Numbered from the stretch's first letter, positions 29,173 through 38,573 are shown. The stretch is 42,624 nt of DNA from Pseudobdellovibrionaceae bacterium (GCA_046315835.1 JBKCXY010000207.1:1-42624), one strand, 5' to 3'. Made by a program: numbers and translations. Notes: generated by a model not told the origin, from the letters alone.

Positions 29173-29959
29173 TGCTTTTGAGCTCTATGGATATTTTGTT
29201 TTTGGAATGTTTGGTGCTCTTCTGGGAAGTTTTGGAAATGTCATCATCTATCGATGGCCGAAAGGGCTGAGCGTGGTGAGTCCACGGTCAGCGTGTCCTC
29301 ATTGCTCAAAGGTTCTCAGTCCTTGGGCGCTGATTCCTATTTTTTCGTGGATTTTTCTCCGCGGAAAATGTTCAGCCTGTGGTGCACGGATCAGTCCACG
29401 ATATCCATTGGTTGAGCTGCTGATGACTTTTCTTTTTTGCCTCACCTATTACAGATTTGGCTGGTCATGGACTTCGCTCGAGCTCACGCTCTTTATTTTT
29501 GCCGCGGTCACTGCGAGCTTTATTGATCTGGATCACTTTCTTTTGCCCGATGTCCTGACCCTCTCCGGAATTGGGATCGGGCTTCTTGGAGCCATTTTCA
29601 ATCCCGAAAGACAATTCATGGATTCTCTTCTTGGCGTTTTGGTTGGTGGGGGAATGCTTTGGGCCGTGGCTTACTTCTATTATCTTTACCGTAAGGAGGA
29701 GGGGATGGGGGGCGGAGACATCAAGCTTTTGGCTTGGATTGGAGCTGTCTTTGGTTGGAAAGCCATCCCATTTATCGTGCTCGTCAGTAGCGTTCTCGGG
29801 ACTTTTGGAGGAATCGCGGCAGGACTAAAGTCGAATAAGGGCATGAAGGCTGTCATTCCCTTTGGTCCGTACCTTGTTGTCGCGGCTTTGATCTATGCTT
29901 TTGGGGCCCAAAGTCTAGCTCATACCTACCTTCGTCTGTTTCTTCCGTTCGTAGAATAG
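29165..29959 (+). CDS. pilD: Prepilin peptidase / N-methyltransferase (A24 family)
   Basis: Zn-finger CPHC...CSAC, first catalytic Asp (FIDLDHFLLPD) and second catalytic Asp in GGGDIKLLAWIG. The ORF opens at GTG 29159. TTG 29165 is better spaced (7 nt) from AGGAGG at 29152-29157. Confidence 0.9.
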   Translation: MSDAFELYGYFVFGMFGALLGSFGNVIIYRWPKGLSVVSPRSACPHCSKVLSPWALIPIFSWIFLRGKCSACGARISPRYPLVELLMTFLFCLTYYRFGWSWTSLELTLFIFAAVTASFIDLDHFLLPDVLTLSGIGIGLLGAIFNPERQFMDSLLGVLVGGGMLWAVAYFYYLYRKEEGMGGGDIKLLAWIGAVFGWKAIPFIVLVSSVLGTFGGIAAGLKSNKGMKAVIPFGPYLVVAALIYAFGAQSLAHTYLRLFLPFVE

Positions 29960-29977
29960 TCTAGAAAATTCGCAGAT

Positions 29978-30006
29978 TTGACATTCTGGGTCCAGTCCTA
30001 AATAAT
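29978..30006 (+). promoter_or_regulatory. Candidate sigma-70 promoter for pilMNOPQ
   Basis: TTGACA (29978-29983), a 17-nt spacer, then AATAAT (30001-30006), in the 70-90 nt gap between pilD and pilM. Confidence 0.45.
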
Positions 30007-30030
30007 TTCAAGAAGGTCCTTCTTCACCAA

Positions 30031-31101
30031 GTGGAGTTTCATCTAGGCATGCTGTTTGGATCAAAGAGATTGATTGGACTCGACATAGGAACGAGTTCGA
30101 TCAAAGTCGCAGAAATAGAAGTCAGCCGCAAAGGTGCGGACCTGTTGTCTTTTGGGATGACGGCAACTCCATTAAATTCCATTAACGGCGGAGATATCTC
30201 TAACCCTTCGGCAATCTCTGTCGCCGTGCAATCTCTGCTTTCAGAAATTAAAATGAAAAAGCGGTCCGTCTCCATCGGTATTTGGGGAACTGCAGTGATC
30301 GTGAAGAAGATCACCATTCCTAAGATTGAGAAAAAGCTGATCGCAGAACAAATCAAATGGGAAGCCGAACAGTACATTCCCTTTGATGTGAATGACATAG
30401 TCTTGGATTATCATATTATCAATCCTCAAACGTCGGGAGAAACTTTCGACATTCTTCTGGTGGCGGCTCAAAACGACCTGGTCGCTCAGTACAATAGCGT
30501 TGTGACTGGTTCTGGAATGCAAATGTCTGTTCTGGACGTTAGTGGCTTTGCTCTCGCGAATGCTTTTGAATTGAATTTTGGAAAAACTGTCGGCGAGACC
30601 ATCGCTCTTTTGAATATTGGTGCCGGCGTGACAAACTTTGTGATTCTCTCTGATGGAGAAGTGATCTTTAGTCGTGACATTCCTGTTGGCGGACAGAGCT
30701 TTACCAATGAAATTCATAAAGAGATGGGTATGACTTTGACCGAAGCTGAAGCTATGAAAATTTCAGCGTCCCATGGTTCTGCAGTTCCAGAACAAGTGCA
30801 GAGCATTATCTCTAACAGTAATGAAAGCGTGGCTGAAGAAATTAGAAACAGCTTTGATTTTTTTGCAGCCAGCAATACAGGGGTCAACCCTCAAAGGATT
30901 TTCTACACGGGAGGATGTTCCGTGGTTCCAGGTTTGATGGAAGCCATTCAGAGGTCTCTCAGTCTCTCTTGCGAAATGTTCAATCCCTTCGGTCGTGTGC
31001 GCGCCAAAAACAAGTCACTGAATGAGGCCTACCTTCAGCAGGTGGCTCCTTTCGCCGCAGTCGCTGTTGGGCTCGCTGTGAGAAAAGCGGGGGATATGTG
31101 A
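30031..31101 (+). CDS. pilM: Type IV pilus assembly protein PilM (actin-like ATPase fold)
   Basis: IGLDIGTSSIKVAEI phosphate-1 motif and ALLNIGAGVTNFVIL. The ORF opens at GTG 30031. ATG 30049 (MLFGSKRLIGLDIG) is an equally plausible start. Confidence 0.9.
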   Translation: MEFHLGMLFGSKRLIGLDIGTSSIKVAEIEVSRKGADLLSFGMTATPLNSINGGDISNPSAISVAVQSLLSEIKMKKRSVSIGIWGTAVIVKKITIPKIEKKLIAEQIKWEAEQYIPFDVNDIVLDYHIINPQTSGETFDILLVAAQNDLVAQYNSVVTGSGMQMSVLDVSGFALANAFELNFGKTVGETIALLNIGAGVTNFVILSDGEVIFSRDIPVGGQSFTNEIHKEMGMTLTEAEAMKISASHGSAVPEQVQSIISNSNESVAEEIRNSFDFFAASNTGVNPQRIFYTGGCSVVPGLMEAIQRSLSLSCEMFNPFGRVRAKNKSLNEAYLQQVAPFAAVAVGLAVRKAGDM

Positions 31102-31718
31102 TTCGCATAAACCTCGCGAAAGCAAAAAAAGCAGGTTCTGAAGGCACAGCGGTGGGTGCTGCGGATCTCGGAGATATGGCCGAGCTCCAGAAAAAAGGGG
31201 CTCTCCATTTGCTGGTTGCATGTTTATTCCCCATCGCCCTTTATGCCTATGACTATGTGACAATTCCTGAGCTCCGGGCTCAAGTAAAAAAAGCAGAGAA
31301 ATCTCTTTCAGATCTCGAGAAACAAAATCTCGAAGCCAGCAATGCTGTTCAAGAAAAGCGAAAGTTCAATGAAGACAAAGCTAAATTAGAAACACAAATT
31401 CGATTCATTGAGGGATTGAGCCTTGAGCGAATGAAAGAAGTTCGCATCCTGGATACTCTTCAGAAAGATCTTCCGAGCAAGGTTTGGCTCACCCGGCTCG
31501 AGTTTAAGGAAAACCGCCTAAATATTTTTGGTCTTGCGACCTCTGATGCTGATTTGACGAGCATGTTAGAAGTTTTATCTCAAAGTGTATTTTTGAAAGA
31601 AGTACGACTGGTTCGTTCAGCGGAACAGCCCAGCCCGCAGGGAATTCTTAAGACCTTTCAGGCTTCAGCCTCTGTTTTCACTGAGTTCAATTTAGGAGGG
31701 CAGGCCAGTGGTCAATAA
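31098..31718 (+). CDS. pilN: Type IV pilus assembly protein PilN
   Basis: MIRINL N-terminus (the PilM-binding peptide), a single TM, then a coiled coil. GTGA overlap with pilM. Confidence 0.85.
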   Translation: MIRINLAKAKKAGSEGTAVGAADLGDMAELQKKGALHLLVACLFPIALYAYDYVTIPELRAQVKKAEKSLSDLEKQNLEASNAVQEKRKFNEDKAKLETQIRFIEGLSLERMKEVRILDTLQKDLPSKVWLTRLEFKENRLNIFGLATSDADLTSMLEVLSQSVFLKEVRLVRSAEQPSPQGILKTFQASASVFTEFNLGGQASGQ

Positions 31719-32289
31719 TCTCCTGCTCAGACTTGCAATGATGACTTCGCAAAGAATCCTCGTGATCGGAGTTGTTTTAGGTCTGATATATTACTTCATG
31801 TTTTTTGATGGCGGTGAAAAGCAGAAAAAGAGAATTACCGAGCTCAATCAGAAGATTAAAGTCGAGCAAGCCAAGCTTCCCGAGTCGCAAGCTGCACTGA
31901 AAGAAGTGGATTTGGTTCGCGCTTCCGTTGCAGCACTCGGTGAGCAGTTCACTCGGGTTTCACAGCAGTTGCCTTCAAACATTCAAATGTCCGAAATCAT
32001 TCGAACAGTGGACGATTTGGCAAGGATCACGGGTGTGTCCATCAAAGCCAAAGAACCGAAGCCGAATGTTCCCCGCGATGTGGTTGAAGAAGTACCTTTG
32101 CGAATTAATCTGGAAGGCAGCTACAGTCAGATCACTCTCTTTCTCTACCAAATCGCAAGACTTGAACGATTGATGAAAGTGAAAGATTTCACGATTTCTT
32201 CGCCGCGGGAAAGCGTTGGAGAAAATGCGAGACTTATTTTTGAAGGTGAAGTGGCGAGCTTCCGTCTTGCAGGAGAAAAGAAGCAGTGA
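31708..32289 (+). CDS. pilO: Type IV pilus assembly protein PilO
   Basis: Single TM, a coiled coil and a ferredoxin-like C-terminus. GTG start with AGGAGGG 7 nt upstream. Position between pilN and pilP. Confidence 0.8.
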   Translation: MVNNLLLRLAMMTSQRILVIGVVLGLIYYFMFFDGGEKQKKRITELNQKIKVEQAKLPESQAALKEVDLVRASVAALGEQFTRVSQQLPSNIQMSEIIRTVDDLARITGVSIKAKEPKPNVPRDVVEEVPLRINLEGSYSQITLFLYQIARLERLMKVKDFTISSPRESVGENARLIFEGEVASFRLAGEKKQ

Positions 32290-32945
32290 TGAAGACACAG
32301 CGAGCGCAAGAATTTATAGGTGGAGCTTTGATCATCATCGGGATGATCTGGCTGGCGACAGCCTTAGCGCCGCGTTCGATGTCCCAGGAGCCCCCGCCTC
32401 TGAGCGAAGCTTTGCCTCCAGAGCTTGAGGGGGCGCCACCAGTGCCCGTTCCTCCTCAGGTTGTCCCACAGCAGGCGGCACCACCCGCCGTCCAACAGCC
32501 AGACGTGAATCAGCCGGCAGATCAAGTTCCGCAAATGCAAAGTGGAGTCGCCCAAGATGGTTTTGTCTATGACCCCACAGGAAAGCGGGATCCTTTCCGG
32601 CCTTTCGCGGTAGAGCGTCCACCGGTAGTTCAAGTAAAAGAGGAGCCGATCGTCCCAACTCCTTCGGTGATGACTCCAGTCCCCGTGGTCCCAACAACTC
32701 CACTTCAAGGATTTGATCTGGACCAGCTCAAGCTGGTGGGAGTGATTTGGGATGTGAGAAATCCTAAAGCCATGGTTCGTGATCCTGTCGGGAAATTGCA
32801 TATTGTAAGAAAAGACACAAAAATCGGTCGCAACAGCGGATTTGTTTCGACCATACGTGAAGGTGAAATTGTTGTGATCGAGCCCATGATGGAAAATGGG
32901 CTTCCCACAGCAGCCACGCGCGTACTCAGTTTGACGAGAAATTAA
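32286..32945 (+). CDS. pilP: Type IV pilus assembly protein PilP
   Basis: Pro-rich linker and a C-terminal PilP beta-domain (LDQLKLVGVIWDVRNPKAMVRDPVGKLHIVRKDTKIG...EIVVIE). The N-terminus looks like a TM anchor and has no lipobox Cys. Confidence 0.75.
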   Translation: MMKTQRAQEFIGGALIIIGMIWLATALAPRSMSQEPPPLSEALPPELEGAPPVPVPPQVVPQQAAPPAVQQPDVNQPADQVPQMQSGVAQDGFVYDPTGKRDPFRPFAVERPPVVQVKEEPIVPTPSVMTPVPVVPTTPLQGFDLDQLKLVGVIWDVRNPKAMVRDPVGKLHIVRKDTKIGRNSGFVSTIREGEIVVIEPMMENGLPTAATRVLSLTRN

Positions 32946-32954
32946 GGGGGCCTT

Positions 32955-35216
32955 ATGAAAGGATTCAGCCGGCTTTTTATCTGTGCAGTGTTAGCACTGT
33001 CACTCACGCGGTGTGCGAGCACTTCGAGTACTAATCAAGAGGGTGCCGAGCCAGAGGTCTCTGAAAATAGCGGTTCCGCTTCTGACTTTGAAGACTTTGA
33101 GTCAGAGAGTGGCTCTGAATCAGCAGCTACTTCGGAGAGTGCTCCCGCGGAACAAAGCACAGCTTCCAATGAAGAACTCTCTCTGGAAGAAGAGCTCAAT
33201 CAAGCTGAGGGCATAGAAACAGCACAGAATAATCAAGAGGGGAACATCGACAATGCTGAACAAGCTCCCCAAGGAGACGAGTTCGCAGAGTTTGAAAAGC
33301 AGGAGACACCACCACCTGCCGAAGAACCTGCTCCAGCTCCACAAGTGGCTCAAGAGGAGATTCCGGCTCCCGAAGTCGCTCCCATGGTTGAGCCCGCTCC
33401 TGAAGAGCCGCCGGCTCCGGATGTCATTGCTGACGCTCCTGCTGTCGAAGCACCTCCAGCGGAAGTCCCAGCAGAGGCACCGGCGGTGTCAGAAGCTCCA
33501 GCAGCTCCTGTGCAAAGCTTGGTTCAGATCAAAAATTTCCGTTATCGTGCCAACGACAATGGTGGAACTCTCATTGTCGAAGCCGATGGTCCTCTCGCGT
33601 ACACCACGCGAATGAATCCTGAGACCAATCAATTCGTGATTGAAGTTCCAGGGACTAAACTCGCTCGTAAATTAAAGAGACCTTTCAATACGCGAGATAT
33701 GGGTGGACAGGTCGGCGCCATTGATGCTTATCAAAATCGCGGCTCAACAACATCTCGTATCGTTGTTCAACTAAGACCTGGGGCTGGTGAGCCTGTGGTT
33801 CAAGCGGAAGGTAACTCACTCTTACTCGTGGCGTCTGCTTCTGCTCAAAAAACAGGGGAGCCTGCTGAGGGGCAGCTCGCTGTTGACGAGGGGACCACTG
33901 AAGAACAGCAAGCTTCCATTCTTTCAAGTCAGAGCCTCGAAGAGTTTCTTGCAGGAAACACTCAGTTTTATGGGAAGAAAATTTCTATTGAGACTCAAGA
34001 CATGGACATTCGGGAGGTCTTCCGTTTGATTTCTGAAGAAAGTGGAGTGAATCTTGTGCTTTCTGATGAAGTGAAAGGTTCTGTGAGCGTGAAGCTTCGC
34101 CAGGTCCCTTGGGATCAGGCGCTGGTTGTCATCATGAAATCAAAGAAACTGGGTTACACGCGAGCGGGCAATGTTTTGAGAATTGCGCCTCTCACCGATA
34201 TTCGCGGTGAAGAGGATGAAGCCATCCGAGTGGCGACAGCAAAGCGCAATCAGTCACCTCTGAAGGTCAGAATGGTGCCTGTGAGTTATGCACGAATTGA
34301 AGACCTGGTAAACCAAGTTCGTCCATTTATGACAGAGCGAGGCCGAGTGATTGGAGATGCGCGAACCAGTTCTCTAGTGGTTTCTGATATCGATGAGAAC
34401 ATTGAACGAGTTCTCAAGCTCATCACCAGTATCGATGTGCCGCCACCTCAAGTTCTGATCGAAGGAAAAGTCGTGGAAGCCAGTGACCGTTTTCAGAGAT
34501 CAGTGGGCCTTCAATGGTTTGCCAATGGTCGTCCGTTTGAAATGGGCAGTTCAAGTCGCGGTCCGGTTCGGGGAGTTGGGAATATTTCCGTGGTCCCTGG
34601 GGTTGGAGCGCGAAGCTTTGGCCTCGATTTCAGTTTAGGCACTGTTGATATCCTTGGGGACTTGAGTGCAACCCTTGCCTTGTATGAAAAAGAAGACCAA
34701 GTGAAGGTCATTTCATCACCTCGAGTCGTGACTCTTCATAATGAAACTGCAGAGATCAATCAAACAACGGAAATTCCATTGATTCAGTCGAACAATCAAA
34801 ATGGAACTGTGACTCAGTCAGTTTCTTTCAAGCCTGTTCGTTTGAGACTTAATGTCACCCCACAGATCACGAATGATGGAGCTGTGATCATGAATGTGGA
34901 TGTCAGCCGAGAATTCGCAGGCGCGGTGGTTGAAGAGAAAACTCAAGCTCGACCGATCAATTCAAGAGCCGCAAAAACAAAAGTGCTCGTGAAGAACGGT
35001 CAGACTGCCGTCATCGGAGGGATCTACCAATCGGATGCCACTGAGGGAACCACCAAAGTTCCGTGGATTGCCGATGTCCCAGTGATTGGTTGGCTGTTTA
35101 AGTCAAAATCGATGGATAAACAAAAGAATGAGCTTCTCATCTTTTTAACTCCACGAATTTTAGCTCAAGCCGAAGCGCAAGCTCTGCCCTCGGACAGCCC
35201 AGCGAGTGATTTTTAA
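32955..35216 (+). CDS. pilQ: Type IV pilus secretin PilQ
   Basis: One AMIN domain (IKNFRYRANDNGGTLIVEADGPLAY...FVIEVPG), N0/N1 domains and a secretin domain (VLVKNGQTAVIGGIYQ...KVPWIADVPVIGWLFKS...ELLIFLTPRIL). The N-terminal ~170 aa form an acidic, Pro/Ala/Glu-rich low-complexity region. Confidence 0.92.
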   Translation: MKGFSRLFICAVLALSLTRCASTSSTNQEGAEPEVSENSGSASDFEDFESESGSESAATSESAPAEQSTASNEELSLEEELNQAEGIETAQNNQEGNIDNAEQAPQGDEFAEFEKQETPPPAEEPAPAPQVAQEEIPAPEVAPMVEPAPEEPPAPDVIADAPAVEAPPAEVPAEAPAVSEAPAAPVQSLVQIKNFRYRANDNGGTLIVEADGPLAYTTRMNPETNQFVIEVPGTKLARKLKRPFNTRDMGGQVGAIDAYQNRGSTTSRIVVQLRPGAGEPVVQAEGNSLLLVASASAQKTGEPAEGQLAVDEGTTEEQQASILSSQSLEEFLAGNTQFYGKKISIETQDMDIREVFRLISEESGVNLVLSDEVKGSVSVKLRQVPWDQALVVIMKSKKLGYTRAGNVLRIAPLTDIRGEEDEAIRVATAKRNQSPLKVRMVPVSYARIEDLVNQVRPFMTERGRVIGDARTSSLVVSDIDENIERVLKLITSIDVPPPQVLIEGKVVEASDRFQRSVGLQWFANGRPFEMGSSSRGPVRGVGNISVVPGVGARSFGLDFSLGTVDILGDLSATLALYEKEDQVKVISSPRVVTLHNETAEINQTTEIPLIQSNNQNGTVTQSVSFKPVRLRLNVTPQITNDGAVIMNVDVSREFAGAVVEEKTQARPINSRAAKTKVLVKNGQTAVIGGIYQSDATEGTTKVPWIADVPVIGWLFKSKSMDKQKNELLIFLTPRILAQAEAQALPSDSPASDF

Positions 35217-35273
35217 AGTCAGCAAAGGAACTCAGTTTCAGAAGACAAAGATGAGATTTTAGATAAAGGGGGC

Positions 35274-35819
35274 ATGATGAAGGATAGAAAACTAAGCTTA
35301 GTCCTGGTTCTATTTGTCGGGGCTTTGGGCTCTTGCAAGAACCCGTCTTCCGCAGACATGGATGTGGCGATTAGCCCGAAGCAAGCTTTTATCATTCCCG
35401 ACGCTTCATCGTCGTGTCTCGATGTCAGTCTTGGGGGAACGACCAAGTCTCTTGGAAAGTCATCTGTCCGCTATAAAAGCTTCCAGATCACTTGGAGTGG
35501 CTCAGAAACGATTTCTATTACTCGAATTACTCTGACCTTCAGATCAGCGGCCCTTGTTGGCGGTGAAAAGAAATATTCTATTGCAGGGGACGAACTTGAA
35601 CAAACTTTGAGTGACTTAGATCTGAGCCCCGGTCAGCCCACCTCGACGGCGAATCCAGCTTGTGGTCTTCGGGCTGGAGGTCTTCAATTCGTCAATCCCA
35701 AATCACCGGCTCAAGTGAGTGTGGATGGCAGAGTCTTCGCTATTGGAGTTGACAGCGGAGGCCAAGAGTTTCCGGTCTACGGTGAATTTTCCGCATCCGG
35801 AGTCTACGACGGCGAATAG
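35274..35819 (+). CDS. Small lipoprotein of unknown function, directly downstream of pilQ
   Basis: Signal peptide with lipobox FVGALGSC. AAAGGGGG precedes the ATG. Ser/Gly/Thr-rich with a beta-type composition and two further Cys residues. No recognisable domain. Confidence 0.7.
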   Translation: MMKDRKLSLVLVLFVGALGSCKNPSSADMDVAISPKQAFIIPDASSSCLDVSLGGTTKSLGKSSVRYKSFQITWSGSETISITRITLTFRSAALVGGEKKYSIAGDELEQTLSDLDLSPGQPTSTANPACGLRAGGLQFVNPKSPAQVSVDGRVFAIGVDSGGQEFPVYGEFSASGVYDGE

Positions 35820-35857
35820 TCATTGACCCTTCTTTCCCTGCGCATTAGGCATTGGGA

Positions 35858-37153
35858 ATGAGTGCAAGCCAAGGTGATTTGTTTAGCAAACAAGATTTAG
35901 CTCTGCTGCAGGGAACGCCCCTGCCGGAAAAGCTACGTCCAAAGACCTTGGATGGAGTTCTTGGCCAGCCTGTGGCAATCAACACTCTTAAATCCTACTT
36001 AGAGCAGGGGCGCCTTCCGAATTTGATTCTGTGGGGGCCTCCAGGCACAGGAAAGACCACGGCCGCCCAAGCCCTGGCCCAGGGCTTTTCATTTCACTAC
36101 GAAGCTATTAACGCTATTGAAACGGGCTCCAAGCAGCTCAAAGAGCTCGGTGACCAAGCTCGCGAACGTCGGCTCCAATTTCATCAGCAGACTTTGCTCT
36201 TCATTGATGAAATTCATAGGCTCAACAAGGCCCAGCAGGATGTCCTCCTGCCTTTCATCGAAAAAGGACATCTCATCTTGGTCGGAGCTACCACCGAAAA
36301 TCCCTCTTACGAACTCAACAAAGCGATTTTGTCCAGATCTCGCATCATTCCCTTTGAGCGAGTGACTGCTTCTGTGCTTTCTCAACTTCTGCGCAAAGCA
36401 GTTCTTGAAAACCATTGGGATCTTGAAAAGGTCATCTCCCCGGAGGTGGAAACCCATCTTGTGAACTGGGCTGAGGGCGATGTGCGAAAGTTTCTTCTCG
36501 CCGTCGAAGAGATTTTTCATTCTGGCCAGAAATTTCTGACTTTAGATCACTTGCAAACCTTCCTTGGCCCTCGCTGGATTGGTTATGACAAGTCTTCCGA
36601 TGAGCATTACGATAGTATCTCTGCATTCATCAAGTCGGTGCGTGGAAGTGACCCCGATGCGGCCCTTTACTATCTTGCGCGAATGCTCAAGGGCGGAGAA
36701 GACCCTCTCTTCATTGCGCGAAGGCTCGTGATCCTGGCATCCGAAGATATCGGAAATGCAGATCCACGGGCTCTTCAAGTGGCTGTCTCAGGCTTTCAAG
36801 CTCTCGAAATGATCGGTCTTCCAGAAGGAGCCATTAATCTTGCTCAGGTGGTGACTTATTTAGCATCAGCTCCGAAATCAAATCGCTCTTATGAGGCTTG
36901 GAAGAAGGCAGAACAATTCATTGAATCCTCGGGCACTGCTCCTATTCCAAAATCTCTTCGCTCTGCCAGAACTCCAGAGATGCAACAGCAGGGTTACGGC
37001 AAAGGTTACTCTTATCCTCACGAAGACTCGCGTTCCTATATCGAACAAAACTATTGGCCCGAGGGGCTTCAGCCACAAAGTTTCTACGAGCCAAAGAATA
37101 TTGGCTTCGAAAAACAAATCCGCGAATTTCAGCAATGGCTCAAAGGTAAATAG
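35858..37153 (+). CDS. rarA: Replication-associated recombination protein A (AAA+ ATPase RarA/MgsA)
   Basis: Walker A GPPGTGKTT, DEIHRLNKAQQD and the MgsA C-terminal motif HYDSISAFIKSVRGSDPDAALYYLARMLKGGEDPLFIARRL. ATG 35858 is preferred over TTG 35852. Confidence 0.93.
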   Translation: MSASQGDLFSKQDLALLQGTPLPEKLRPKTLDGVLGQPVAINTLKSYLEQGRLPNLILWGPPGTGKTTAAQALAQGFSFHYEAINAIETGSKQLKELGDQARERRLQFHQQTLLFIDEIHRLNKAQQDVLLPFIEKGHLILVGATTENPSYELNKAILSRSRIIPFERVTASVLSQLLRKAVLENHWDLEKVISPEVETHLVNWAEGDVRKFLLAVEEIFHSGQKFLTLDHLQTFLGPRWIGYDKSSDEHYDSISAFIKSVRGSDPDAALYYLARMLKGGEDPLFIARRLVILASEDIGNADPRALQVAVSGFQALEMIGLPEGAINLAQVVTYLASAPKSNRSYEAWKKAEQFIESSGTAPIPKSLRSARTPEMQQQGYGKGYSYPHEDSRSYIEQNYWPEGLQPQSFYEPKNIGFEKQIREFQQWLKGK

Positions 37154-37257
37154 GATGTCGATACGCTGCGACCAAGCGACTGGTTCAAGACATTATCTAG
37201 TGATTCATTCGATGATAGGTTGAGTGACTTCTTCAAGAGGTTTTGAGCTGGGGCCGG

Positions 37258-37563
37258 TTACGCAATCTTCTGAGCCACAATACAAACGCAAAGCTCAATC
37301 CCATTATTCGTGTGCGAGTGCTTTGTATTTGCGGGAATCTCAATGCGGTCCCCGGCTCTCAAGAGAACTTGGTTTCCAGCTACATTAAACAAGAGTTCTC
37401 CAGTTACCACATAGCGCACTTCCGTGAAGGGGTGGCGGTGTTCGCTCACTTTGAGTCCCGCAGGAAACTCTTCGACAAAAGGATCTAGGCCCTCTCTTTC
37501 GAGGAGCATTTTAAACTGAATGGGTGCAGGTAAAACTTCGGCTTGCCAGCGATGAATCAACAT
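37258..37563 (-). CDS. Cupin-domain protein (101 aa)
   Basis: Cupin_2-like motifs EHRHPFTEVRYVVTGEL and GDRIEIPANTKHSHTN. Confidence 0.75.
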   Translation of the reverse strand: MLIHRWQAEVLPAPIQFKMLLEREGLDPFVEEFPAGLKVSEHRHPFTEVRYVVTGELLFNVAGNQVLLRAGDRIEIPANTKHSHTNNGIELCVCIVAQKIA

Positions 37564-37784
37564 AGGCGCTCAAGTTATCTCTCTTATGAATTTCGCGCAA
37601 GCTGTTCAACACTTTGACGATATCCGTCTCAAGGAGAGACATGGTTTTAAACTCGCTCAAAACGATGCAGGAGTAAGGACCTGATCTTCAATTCGAATGA
37701 ACTTTCCCATCAGTGTTCAGTTAAGTTCATGTTGAGCTTCGTCGATAGTTTTAATGTAGCGACACTCACTTGAGGAGGAATGCT

Positions 37785-38303
37785 TTGAGCGCGTCGGAAA
37801 TGTGCCCCAAACCATCACGCCTGTTAGAGGAAGTTCTCGGTTATATCGAGAAGTCTGCAGGTCTTAGTTGTTCCATTTCAGAGACGGGGATTGTCTCAGT
37901 GAACCAAGCCATCGACGGCCGAATTTTCAGATTCAAATCTCTCGATCTGCACGAGGTTTTGCAGCGAGAAGATGCTGACGGAAAGAAATTCATTCAAGTG
38001 AATTTTGAGAGTGGAGTGAAAGTACTTTTCACAGACACACTCGTCGGATTCAAGCCGCGCGAGACTGTTGGCTTGGACATGACAAAAATTCCTCGAGTGG
38101 TGACCACTCCGGATTTGCTCTCAGTCTTTGAGGCCATCGAAGAGTCCATGGGATCAGATTCAACTCCAGAGCATGAGGTCGATATTCTCAAACGAGTTTT
38201 CATGGCCATTCTTCATGGTGGCGAGCTCGCGGGCTTTGAGTTAGTCTTTGAAAGAAAGTGGCTGCACCGCCTCGTCGGTACTAAGTATCGCGCAAGCGCT
38301 TAA
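37785..38303 (+). CDS. Hypothetical cytoplasmic protein
   Basis: The ORF opens at TTG 37770, but GAGGAGG (37772-37778) lies inside that. An in-frame TTG at 37785 (6-nt spacing) or ATG at 37800 is the more likely start. No recognisable domain. A clean terminator follows. Confidence 0.55.
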   Translation: MSASEMCPKPSRLLEEVLGYIEKSAGLSCSISETGIVSVNQAIDGRIFRFKSLDLHEVLQREDADGKKFIQVNFESGVKVLFTDTLVGFKPRETVGLDMTKIPRVVTTPDLLSVFEAIEESMGSDSTPEHEVDILKRVFMAILHGGELAGFELVFERKWLHRLVGTKYRASA

Positions 38304-38338
38304 AAAACTGCCCAATTTTTATGCATAAGTTAACAAAA

Positions 38339-38361
38339 ATGCCCGTTAAGCGGGCATTTTT
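38339..38361. terminator. Intrinsic (potentially bidirectional) terminator
   Basis: AAAAATGCCCG-TTAAG-CGGGCATTTTT: a 7-bp GC-rich stem (38339-38345 / 38351-38357) flanked by an A-run and a T-run. Confidence 0.7.
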
Positions 38362-38388
38362 CGTTGAAAAACAATGCTGTTTCGAGTC

Positions 38389-38441
38389 GCGAAAAAAAAA
38401 TAACAAAAAATATTGACGTTCTATCGGCGAAGAGAGAGAAA
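38389..38441 (+). promoter_or_regulatory. Candidate promoter module upstream of tRNA-Ala (A-tract UP-like element + TTGACG)
   Basis: GCGAAAAAAAAATAACAAAAAATATTGACG, with TTGACG at 38413-38418. The -10 at 17-nt spacing (GAGAAA) is poor, so the call rests mainly on similarity to the module at 38574. Confidence 0.3.
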
Positions 38442-38455
38442 GCTGTTCGCTTTTT

Positions 38456-38531
<76 letters not shown>

Positions 38532-38573
38532 ATTAGCACTTGTTTATTAAGTAGTTTCGCGGACTTAAAAAAA

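Noticed and set aside
37641-37676. An 11-codon micro-ORF (MVLNSLKTMQE) preceded by AAGGAGAG in the cupin/hypothetical divergent intergenic region.
   Set aside because: It is too short to evaluate from sequence alone, and there is no obvious attenuator structure linked to it. It could be a leader peptide, but I cannot support it.
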